Source: Candidatus Saccharimonadota bacterium
GTDB lineage: Archaea; Nanohalarchaeota; Nanosalinia; Nanosalinales; Nanosalinaceae
Reading direction: 5' to 3'
DNA length: 32,000 nucleotides
NCBI RefSeq assembly: GCF_029232205.1
Contig: NZ_CP107255.1
Span: forward strand, 90,001-122,000
This document shows, one piece after another, positions 15,412 to 22,475 of this stretch. The translations under genes were made by a program, and so were the position numbers. Every line of letters starts with the position of its first letter. Position 1 is the first letter of the stretch. The notes under the pieces were generated by a model. The model did not search any database and had not been told where the DNA came from. It saw only the letters and a list, made by a program, of their open reading frames with translations.

Positions 15412-16437
15412 TTACTCGATTCCCATCGAGTTGTTTGTCATTCTAATAGAGTCTTCCTGATTCTCCATTTCGAACATTGCGCGGATTGCGTCGACGTTCT
15501 CAGGTACGACGATGGCCTCCTGGTGGACCATGTGGATCCAGTGAAGTGTTCCGTCCTCTACAGTTACTGTTTCCTCCCAGACTGCTGCTTCCTGCATGTC
15601 GCTTCTCTTTCGGCCCAGATCACGCATTTTTTCGTGAATCTTGGCTGTGGAATCGTATCCATCTCCAGCGCTCATCAATCTAACACGAGGCTGTTCTCTG
15701 AAGGCCTCTAAAACTTCTTCCTCTGAAGCATCGTCTTCCAGCTCTGCCGTAACCATGTGCACGTGGCCGTAGGTTGTAGGAACTTTTACAGCCAGTGTTT
15801 TGATATCTAGATCCGGCATTACCTCCTGTACATCAGGTCCGTGGTGTGAAGGCACTTCTGTTACAGGTACTGTTGAGTTGATGGGGCCTCTGGAGTCCTG
15901 TGGAATGTCTCCTCCTCTTCTGACCAGGTTGGCTGTTGCCTTTTCTACTCCGAACTCTGAGTCAACTGCATCCATTGTTCTGGAGAGTGAGGTGGTGTTG
16001 CAGGAAACTACTCTGACAAAGTCTTCTCCTCGGGCCTCGTCGTAGTTTGCGTCTGCGTTGAAGGATACTGGCGCGATATCTGCGTCTGCGCCGCCTTCAA
16101 AGATGGCCTTGATATTATGTGGTTCGTATAGGTTTTCCTTGTTCATTTTGTCGACTCCGGAAGGTGTGCAGTCAACTACTAGATCTATTGTTTCGGCTTC
16201 GTCTTTCAGAAGTCCTTCTACATGCATTCCTGCGTCCGACATGTCCTCCATTCCGTCCTGGTTAGACGCGTATAGTGGTGTGCCGTGAAGACCTCCTTCT
16301 TCGCTTAGTTCGTCTCTCAGGGTTCCTGATGGTGTGACATCTGCAATACCGTAAAGTTCCATGTCATCCTGCGTTTTTACGGCCTCTGCGACCCTTTTAC
16401 CGATTGTACCGACTCCGTTTACAACGACTTTTACCAT
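15412..16437 (-). CDS. gap: Glyceraldehyde-3-phosphate dehydrogenase, archaeal type II
   Basis: 341 aa. NGVGTIGKRVA Rossmann start and catalytic VSCNTTSL. Confidence 0.9.
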   Translation of the reverse strand: MVKVVVNGVGTIGKRVAEAVKTQDDMELYGIADVTPSGTLRDELSEEGGLHGTPLYASNQDGMEDMSDAGMHVEGLLKDEAETIDLVVDCTPSGVDKMNKENLYEPHNIKAIFEGGADADIAPVSFNADANYDEARGEDFVRVVSCNTTSLSRTMDAVDSEFGVEKATANLVRRGGDIPQDSRGPINSTVPVTEVPSHHGPDVQEVMPDLDIKTLAVKVPTTYGHVHMVTAELEDDASEEEVLEAFREQPRVRLMSAGDGYDSTAKIHEKMRDLGRKRSDMQEAAVWEETVTVEDGTLHWIHMVHQEAIVVPENVDAIRAMFEMENQEDSIRMTNNSMGIE

Positions 16438-16498
16438 ATTATCACGTAAGATGATTCCTCTAGCTTGAATAAAAAGAATTGCTGGCCTGATCGGCAGA

Positions 16499-16506
16499 TT
16501 TTATTT
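16499..16506 (+). promoter_or_regulatory. TATA-like box (TTTTATTT) about 27 nt upstream of ATG 16530
   Basis: Position and composition only. Confidence 0.4.
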
Positions 16507-16529
16507 CTCTCCTAGAATAAGAAGATTTT

Positions 16530-17300
16530 ATGCAGGAACTTTTCGAAAAGCTTTCGCGCGATGAAGACTCTCACAAAGGCCAGAACGGCAAAGTAATGGT
16601 TATCGGAGGCAGTGAAAAGTATACTGGGGCTCCGGCCCTGACAGCTCAGGCCGCTTTGAGAGCTGGAGCAGACCTGGTAAAAGTCCTTACTTCAGATCAT
16701 GCCAGGCCTGTTGTACAGGGTTTTTCCGAGAACCTGATCGTTGAATCCTTTGGAGAACGCTTTGATGAAAACTCTCTGGAAAAGGCCCTAGAGCTGGAAG
16801 AGTGGGCAGATACTACTGTTGTGGGTCCAGGTCTTACAGATTTTGATAAAAATGCTCTGAGAGATTTCGCAGAAGAAGCTGGGAATCTAGTAGTAGATGC
16901 AGGTGCCATCAGGCCTTTAAGACGAGTCAAGGCTGTTTTTACTCCTCATGCTGGAGAGGCCAAAATTCTGGAGAAAAATTATGGGTCTCTGAAGGCCTTC
17001 TCTGAAGAGACTGGTTCCACAGTTTTGCTGAAAGGAGGTATAGATACTATTTATTCTAGTGCAGGAGTCTTTGAGAATGAGACTGGCTGTGCTGGAATGA
17101 CTGCTGGAGGAACTGGTGACGTGCTTGCAGGTATTGTTACGGCTTTCCATGCTCAAGGCCTTGAAGATAAAGATGCTGCCCGGCTTGCTGCGTATATTAA
17201 CGGCGTTGCAGGGGAAAAGGCCTTTGAGAAGTATGGTAATGGGCTTGTAGCTTCTGATCTACTGGAAAGAATTGCTGAAGTTGTATCTGAGAAGTCTTAG
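16530..17300 (+). CDS. nnrD: NAD(P)H-hydrate dehydratase (YjeF C-terminal/carbohydrate-kinase family)
   Basis: 256 aa. HKGQNGKVMVIGGSEKYTGAPAL and GGTGDVLAG. Confidence 0.85.
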   Translation: MQELFEKLSRDEDSHKGQNGKVMVIGGSEKYTGAPALTAQAALRAGADLVKVLTSDHARPVVQGFSENLIVESFGERFDENSLEKALELEEWADTTVVGPGLTDFDKNALRDFAEEAGNLVVDAGAIRPLRRVKAVFTPHAGEAKILEKNYGSLKAFSEETGSTVLLKGGIDTIYSSAGVFENETGCAGMTAGGTGDVLAGIVTAFHAQGLEDKDAARLAAYINGVAGEKAFEKYGNGLVASDLLERIAEVVSEKS

Positions 17301-18130
17301 ACCTGTGTATCTCTGTATTCTTCAGGGTCTTCGTGGAATGAGTCTCCTACAACTACTGTATCGGCGCCTGAGTCAAGCATTTCGAGAGCCTGGTCTTCTG
17401 AGCTGATGCCTCCTCCGTAGAGAAGAGTGGTGTCTTCAAGCATTTCTGCTGCGGCCTCAACGTCCTCAGGATCTCCATACATTCCGGAGTACTCGATGTA
17501 GAGTATGTCGAAGTTGTCGAAGAAGTTTTCTACTGCTCCTGCTATCTGACCTACTGTTTCTGAGTCTACTGGTTCTGTTGCTTCTGTGAGTTCTGCTACT
17601 GCTGATTCCGGGTTCTGCACGATGTAGGCCTCTCTGAGAAGTTTGTTGTCCAGGCCTCTTCCTGCAATATTTTTTGCTGCTCTTCCGGTCAGGCCGTCTC
17701 CTACCATGGATTCTATTTCGTTGTACAGTTCCTGTTTGACTGCTGGGAGTTCTGAGCCGAAGAACTGTTCGTGTTTTCCTTTGAAGTTTTCCTCATTGCC
17801 GTTCCAGACAGAGGCCACTGCGGTGTAGTCGCTGGCTGAGAAGTTATTTGTTTTGCCGTTTCCGCCTACCACGTGTTCTCCGCTGTAGGGCTCAAGAATT
17901 ACAGGTATATCTGTATCGTCGAGAAGTTCAAGGACTTCTGCTGTGTTTTCAGCGGTTACCCCATCTGATCCGCCAACCATTACTGCATCAGTTCCTTCAA
18001 GATATTCCAGGTCCGAGGAAGAAAGGCCTTTTTCGGGATCGATCTTGGTGATGTGGTTGATGTTGTCCCAGTTAGGGCCGAATCCTGTGGATTTCTTCAC
18101 CAGTTCCCAGAATTCCTGGCCTTTGTTCAT
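17297..18130 (-). CDS. Geranylgeranylglyceryl phosphate synthase (PcrB/GGGPS family)
   Basis: 277 aa. HITKIDPEK, VGGSDGVT, ILEPYS, YIVQNPES, YGGGISS...VVVG. Longer than typical because of an internal acidic insertion. Confidence 0.7.
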   Translation of the reverse strand: MNKGQEFWELVKKSTGFGPNWDNINHITKIDPEKGLSSSDLEYLEGTDAVMVGGSDGVTAENTAEVLELLDDTDIPVILEPYSGEHVVGGNGKTNNFSASDYTAVASVWNGNEENFKGKHEQFFGSELPAVKQELYNEIESMVGDGLTGRAAKNIAGRGLDNKLLREAYIVQNPESAVAELTEATEPVDSETVGQIAGAVENFFDNFDILYIEYSGMYGDPEDVEAAAEMLEDTTLLYGGGISSEDQALEMLDSGADTVVVGDSFHEDPEEYRDTQV

Positions 18131-18151
18131 GAAGAGGTCATAGAAATCGAG

Positions 18152-18160
18152 TTTTTTATA
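18152..18160 (-). promoter_or_regulatory. TATA-like box (TATAAAAAA on minus strand) about 26 nt upstream of ATG 18130
   Basis: Position and composition only. Confidence 0.4.
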
Positions 18161-18186
18161 GAAGTATTTTCTGTATCTCTGCTCTC

Positions 18187-18741
18187 TTATTTTTCGAATG
18201 TGTCGTGGTAGGAGTTTTCTCTTTTCCAGCCTGGCTCGAATTCGTACTGTATTCCTGATTTCTTGATCTTCTCAAGTTTATCAGCGATTGCTTCTTCCGC
18301 ACATCCGGGAACTAGATAGCGCCATTCCTCTCCTGATTTGATTCTTCTTCTGACCTCGGTACCTGAGTAAATATTTGGGTCGTGAAGATCCTGTTCTACT
18401 AGTTCAAGTTTTTCGTCTTCCCTGATAATCGACTTGACCAGGCTGTTCCTTGAGATAACTTTTTCGGCCTCTGTCTCCTCTTTGAGATGTTCCAGCCACT
18501 TTCTGTTTCCTTCATCATCTCTTTCAAAGTCCTCAAGGCCTACAATCTCGACTTCAGGGTAGCATCCTCTGATTATCTTTTTTCTTTCCTCAAAGCTCAG
18601 AGGGTTTTCCTCAGTTCCTTCCTCGCTGGCGCTGCCGATAGCAATAACTAGTTCGTACTCATCTATGTAGGAGTCTACTACCTGTTTATGGCCTTCATGG
18701 AAAGGCTGAAATCTTCCAACTATAACTGCTCTATTATTCAT
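18187..18741 (-). CDS. nadM: Nicotinamide-nucleotide adenylyltransferase, archaeal type
   Basis: 184 aa. GRFQPFHEGH (HxGH nucleotidyltransferase motif) at the N-terminus. Confidence 0.85.
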   Translation of the reverse strand: MNNRAVIVGRFQPFHEGHKQVVDSYIDEYELVIAIGSASEEGTEENPLSFEERKKIIRGCYPEVEIVGLEDFERDDEGNRKWLEHLKEETEAEKVISRNSLVKSIIREDEKLELVEQDLHDPNIYSGTEVRRRIKSGEEWRYLVPGCAEEAIADKLEKIKKSGIQYEFEPGWKRENSYHDTFEK

Positions 18742-18834
18742 AATTTTTCTCTTCTAACTATCTGTTCTCTGTGAAATGTTTTGAACTGAAACTGTTTTAG
18801 TGGATAACTGGTAAAACCTTTCAAACTGAACTCG

Positions 18835-19428
18835 CTATTCCTCTACAAAATCTACAAATCTTACTCTCCCGTGTTCCGTTGTTTTTCCCTCGCTGTACCG
18901 CTTCAAAGTCTGTTTCCCATTTTCTTCTACAGGCCCGACAATTACTCCTTCTTCTGTCAAGTGCTTTACCCCATCGTCGAAGTCTTTTACAGCACAGGAA
19001 TAGATTATCTTATCGAAAAATTCTTCCTTGCCTACAGCTTCAAACCCGTTTCCGGCCCTGATATCTACATTCTCTCTGTCAATGTTTTCTCTTGATTTGT
19101 CTACAAGTTGTTTCAGAATCTCGATCCCAACTACTTCATCAGAGAGCTCCGCTAGAATAGCTGCCTGATATCCGGAACCTGAACCAATCTCCAGCACCTT
19201 ATCTGTCTCCTGAACTTCAAGCAGCTCGGTAGCCACGGCTACCATGCTCGGTGCAGAAATTGTTGATCCAGTATCAAGAGGAAGAGGCCTATCCTCGTAG
19301 GCCTTTCCTGTAAACTTCTCCGGCACAAAATCTTTTCTGTCGACATTTCTGAACGCTCTTTCAACTTTTTCTGTCTCTATACTACCTTTCTCCACCAGAT
19401 AGTTGACAAGAGCATCGTTGTCTCTCAT
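18835..19428 (-). CDS. pcm: Protein-L-isoaspartate O-methyltransferase
   Basis: ORF 18835..19491 trimmed to ATG 19428 (MRDNDALVNYL...), because the longer form overlaps the upstream gene. ISAPSMVA and VLEIGSGSGYQAAILAEL. Confidence 0.85.
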   Translation of the reverse strand: MRDNDALVNYLVEKGSIETEKVERAFRNVDRKDFVPEKFTGKAYEDRPLPLDTGSTISAPSMVAVATELLEVQETDKVLEIGSGSGYQAAILAELSDEVVGIEILKQLVDKSRENIDRENVDIRAGNGFEAVGKEEFFDKIIYSCAVKDFDDGVKHLTEEGVIVGPVEENGKQTLKRYSEGKTTEHGRVRFVDFVEE

Positions 19429-19459
19429 AAAACAGGCTTTGATTTCAAAACTTCTATCT

Positions 19460-20020
19460 TTAACCCTGGAAAAGCCTGTCGCCGGCATCAATCATATCGG
19501 ACATTGACAGCTCCGGAAAGTTTTCCAGGCCGTGAACATCTTTCAACTCCTCTGCAAGGTAGTATGCAAGAGTAAATCCGTAGTGCGAGAGCTCTTCTGT
19601 TTCCTCGACAAGCGACATCTGCACTTCCTCACGTAGAACAGGCCAGTTCTCCTCTAATTCTTCTTCAGGATCCAGCTGAGGTTTTACTTCGGTGATGTTT
19701 TCTGCGAACATGAGGGAGTGGCCTAGCATAAGTAGTTCTTCCCAGTGGTAAGAGTTTGACTTGTACTCCAGGAACCATGACTGTGCATAGGCCTGCGCAA
19801 CCGTAGTTTTCAGATCATCCTTCCAGTTCTCTCCAGTACCTACATTGATTCGGGCCTCTTCCTCAGAGATTACCTCTGGACTTGGTTGGTCTGCCCAGCT
19901 CATGTAAACCTTCAGATCGCTGTCTTTACCTAGTACAGCCTCGCATGTCTGTAAAAGGCCTTCTACAATATCGTTTGCTTCACGGAAAACTTCTGGTGAT
20001 GGCGCGATTGTATGTTCCAT
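19460..20020 (-). CDS. DUF2268-like protein, metal-site-degenerate paralogue
   Basis: 186 aa. It shares the C-terminal FPEL..D.I.AGDRLF block and overall order with the two paralogues upstream. It has AQAYAQ where they have HExxH, and GHSLMFAE where they have EEGLTQ/EEALTQ. AGGAG lies 9 nt before the ATG. Confidence 0.55.
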   Translation of the reverse strand: MEHTIAPSPEVFREANDIVEGLLQTCEAVLGKDSDLKVYMSWADQPSPEVISEEEARINVGTGENWKDDLKTTVAQAYAQSWFLEYKSNSYHWEELLMLGHSLMFAENITEVKPQLDPEEELEENWPVLREEVQMSLVEETEELSHYGFTLAYYLAEELKDVHGLENFPELSMSDMIDAGDRLFQG

Positions 20021-20082
20021 TTTTTCTTTCTCCTGTCAATTCTTCACTTACTGAATAATTTATTACCTCTTGATTTCTTTGG

Positions 20083-20526
20083 CTATCGTTCTCCAAATGC
20101 TTTCTCAGCTTCCTCACGTATTTCTCCTGCGAACTGGAGGCTGCCTTCATGATCGCCTAGAAAAATCCATGAAAGGTCCTCAGGCACTACGTAAAAAGTT
20201 ATCAAATCTTCTCGAATCTCAGATATCTCTTCTGGATCTATTTCAACGGCCTTGGAATCATATTTCTCTTCAAATGTTTCCTGGAATGAAGGGACGTACT
20301 GGCCTCCAGGATATGCAATCATGAACAGTTTTTCGCCGCGTTTTTTCAACATTTCAATGAACTCTTCCAGCCGTTCCCTGTTTTTCTCCTGCTCATGCCA
20401 GTCAGTTCTGAAGAAATCGTCAATATCTATGGGCTCCCACTCGCTATCAACATCTCCTCTAATCCCGAATTCCTCACGAATTCTATCTCTCAATTCCTTA
20501 TCCTCATTATCTGAAAGAATTCTCAC
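20083..20526 (-). CDS. Hypothetical acidic protein (147 aa)
   Basis: GTG start preceded by GGTGA with a 6-nt spacer (SD-like), 6 nt after the upstream stop. I recognise no family. Confidence 0.5.
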   Translation of the reverse strand: MRILSDNEDKELRDRIREEFGIRGDVDSEWEPIDIDDFFRTDWHEQEKNRERLEEFIEMLKKRGEKLFMIAYPGGQYVPSFQETFEEKYDSKAVEIDPEEISEIREDLITFYVVPEDLSWIFLGDHEGSLQFAGEIREEAEKAFGER

Positions 20527-20532
20527 AACATC

Positions 20533-21177
20533 TCACCGTTCTTCGAAAAGACTGTCTCCGGCCTCAACCAGATCCTCTTTCTCAAGTTCAGGGAAATCCT
20601 GTAGTTCGTGGCCCTGTTCCATCAGTTCCTGACCTATCTGGTAACTCAGTGAGTATCCTAGCCAGTTAGGGTAGTTTTCTCCTTCTCTATCTATGAAAAG
20701 CGGGTCTGGATAGCTGTACTGCCGGTCAAGCTCTTCCTTGACATCCTCCCAGTACTCCGATATTTTATCTACAGAGTGCTCGTAACGCCAGGGCTCAGGC
20801 GCTTCCGGCACCAGTTTCTCGGTAATATTCTGTGTCAGGCCTTCCTCTATAATGTACATCCACATAGGTTTCTCGCTGTGTTCATCGAGGCCTTTCTGCT
20901 CGGAGAAGTATGCGTGTGCGAACTCATGGACTGAGGTGCCAAGCAGAGCGGTTTCCCAGCCCTCGACATCTGCATTGAACTCGGCCTCGAAGTAGCCGCT
21001 GTTCCATCCCAGGCCTCGAGAACCGTTCATCTGCTCCTTGACAAAATCATCCTCGGTCCAGCCATAACCTACACGTACATCTTCCTCTTTCGGCAATTCT
21101 TCTTTTGCAAGCATTATGCCTTCTTCAACAATGCTCTGAGCTTTCTCAAGCTCCTCCGATGCAGGCCTGTGATTCAT
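20533..21177 (-). CDS. DUF2268-like predicted Zn metallopeptidase (HEFAH)
   Basis: 214 aa. HEFAH encoded at 20914-20928 (verified codon by codon), downstream EEGLTQ (candidate third ligand), YPNWLGYSLSY, and a C-terminal FPELEKEDLVEAGDSLF. Confidence 0.65.
   Translation of the reverse strand: MNHRPASEELEKAQSIVEEGIMLAKEELPKEEDVRVGYGWTEDDFVKEQMNGSRGLGWNSGYFEAEFNADVEGWETALLGTSVHEFAHAYFSEQKGLDEHSEKPMWMYIIEEGLTQNITEKLVPEAPEPWRYEHSVDKISEYWEDVKEELDRQYSYPDPLFIDREGENYPNWLGYSLSYQIGQELMEQGHELQDFPELEKEDLVEAGDSLFEER
20645..20673 (-). repeat. 29-nt block identical to 21280-21308 (encodes YPNWLGYSLS)
   Basis: ctcagtgagtatcctagccagttagggta is present in both paralogues, while flanking DNA has diverged. Confidence 0.8.
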
Positions 21178-21815
21178 TGTAGAAAAATTCTGTCACCAAC
21201 TCTGATAATATCTTCTTTCCCTAACTCGGGAAATTCTTCTGGAGTGTGCTTCTTCAAAAGTTCTTGCCCGATAACGTAGCTCAGTGAGTATCCTAGCCAG
21301 TTAGGGTATTCTGAGCTACTTCTGTTGATGAAAAGCGGTTTGTAGAAGTCTGTGCCTTTTTTCTCTAGTTCCTTTTCTTTGATTTGAGGCCAGTACTCTG
21401 CTATTTCTTCTCTTGAGAACATCGTGGATTTTCTGTGATTGGCTTCTGGCACAAGTTCTTTTGAGAAATGCTGTGTAAGGGCCTCTTCGATTATGTGTTT
21501 CCACATTATCTTGGATCGGCCACTGTTTTTCTCGAAGAACCATGTATGTACATATTCGTGGACTGTAGTCGACTTCAGATTAATTTTCCAATTATCGGCC
21601 TTCGAGTTGAACTTGACTTGCATCCATGAGGGATTAATGGCCTTTCCTGTCGAACCTCCCATCTCCTCAACTACAAAATCCTGGCTAGTCCAGCACACAT
21701 CAATATAGAGCTCTATCTCTTTCTGTAACTTCTCGGAAATTAGGTCAAGGCCTTCTTCAACCTGTTTTTCTGCCTCTTCCATATCCTCTTTTCCAGAATT
21801 TATTCTGTGCTTCAT
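21174..21815 (-). CDS. DUF2268-like predicted Zn metallopeptidase (HEYVH)
   Basis: ORF 21174..22007 trimmed to ATG 21815 (MKHRINSGKED...), which forms ATGA with the redoxin stop and gives 213 aa against 214 aa for the paralogue. HEYVH encoded at 21546-21560 (verified), EEALTQ, YPNWLGYSLSY. Confidence 0.65.
   Translation of the reverse strand: MKHRINSGKEDMEEAEKQVEEGLDLISEKLQKEIELYIDVCWTSQDFVVEEMGGSTGKAINPSWMQVKFNSKADNWKINLKSTTVHEYVHTWFFEKNSGRSKIMWKHIIEEALTQHFSKELVPEANHRKSTMFSREEIAEYWPQIKEKELEKKGTDFYKPLFINRSSSEYPNWLGYSLSYVIGQELLKKHTPEEFPELGKEDIIRVGDRIFLQ
21280..21308 (-). repeat. 29-nt block identical to 20645-20673
   Basis: See the partner feature at 20645-20673. Confidence 0.8.
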
Positions 21816-22360
21816 TCCTTCCATTTTATTGAGCAGCCAACAGGGTCTTCGCGCTCTTCTGGTGGCTCTTTTCTTTTCAGCATTTTTTCGATTGCATCGG
21901 CCATATACCTCTTCTCTACTTCGTCGTCTGGCCCGGCCTTGTCGTTCAACTTGCTGTGGTAGAAAAGTCGGTGGCGCATGTCTAAGAGGAACGGGTCGGG
22001 GGTGCACTCGGCTCCGAACTTCTTCGCGACCTCTTGATCAGGGTCTGAAAGGTAGTAGAAGTGTGCGGATTCCAGGCCTTTCTCCTCGATGAACTCGGGC
22101 ATTTTCTCCTCAGAATCCATAGGGTGTGTCTCCGCGTTTGAGTTGATGCCGACGATTGCGATGGATGAGAACTCGTCGTTCAACTTTTTGATCTCCGGTA
22201 CTTCGGCCTGTACGTACGGGCAGTGGTTGCACATGAAAATTACAAGCACTCCGTCGTAGTTGTCAAGATCAGAAAGTGCCACGTTCTGGCCTTTGTAGTC
22301 TTCAAGTTCGAATTCTGGCGCTGGTTCTCCTGTTTCAAGTACGTTTTCTGAATTGCTCAT
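21812..22360 (-). CDS. Thioredoxin-fold PRX-like (AhpC/TSA-related) protein with CxxC
   Basis: PAPEFELEDYKG, VIFMCNHCPYV, CTPDPFLLD, and a C-terminal GCSIKWK. Start set at ATG 22360; a TTG at 22387 is an alternative. Confidence 0.8.
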   Translation of the reverse strand: MSNSENVLETGEPAPEFELEDYKGQNVALSDLDNYDGVLVIFMCNHCPYVQAEVPEIKKLNDEFSSIAIVGINSNAETHPMDSEEKMPEFIEEKGLESAHFYYLSDPDQEVAKKFGAECTPDPFLLDMRHRLFYHSKLNDKAGPDDEVEKRYMADAIEKMLKRKEPPEEREDPVGCSIKWKE

Positions 22361-22442
22361 AACTTTACAAGGTTGTTGAAGCTTCAAGTTCTTTGGGCGA
22401 CTTATCTTATTTTTGGCGTTCAGAGGCGGTTTTTTCCGGCAG

Positions 22443-22452
22443 ATTTTTTAAC
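22443..22452 (+). promoter_or_regulatory. TATA-like box (ATTTTTTAAC) about 29 nt upstream of ATG 22476
   Basis: Position and composition only. Confidence 0.4.
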
Positions 22453-22458
22453 ACAAAA

Positions 22459-22469
22459 ACGTAATACGT
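22459..22469. promoter_or_regulatory. 11-bp palindrome ACGTAATACGT between the TATA-like box and the fba start
   Basis: Perfect dyad around a central base, at -17 to -7 relative to ATG 22476. Confidence 0.35.
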
Positions 22470-22475
22470 TGTATT

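Noticed and set aside
19429-19491. N-terminal extensions of pcm (from 19491) and of the alpha/beta hydrolase (12008-12097)
   Set aside because: The pcm extension overlaps its upstream neighbour and the hydrolase extension overlaps the divergent methyltransferase gene across the promoter spacer. Both encode atypical hydrophobic or basic peptides. Internal ATGs give canonical N-termini.
21816-22007. Arg/Pro-rich 64-aa N-terminal extension of ORF 21174..22007 (MHPRPVPLRHAPP...RRARRPCWLLNK)
   Set aside because: It is antisense-frame read-through over the 3' end of the redoxin gene. Its basic composition is alien to this acidic proteome. ATG 21815 gives an ATGA junction with the upstream stop and a length matching the 214-aa paralogue.
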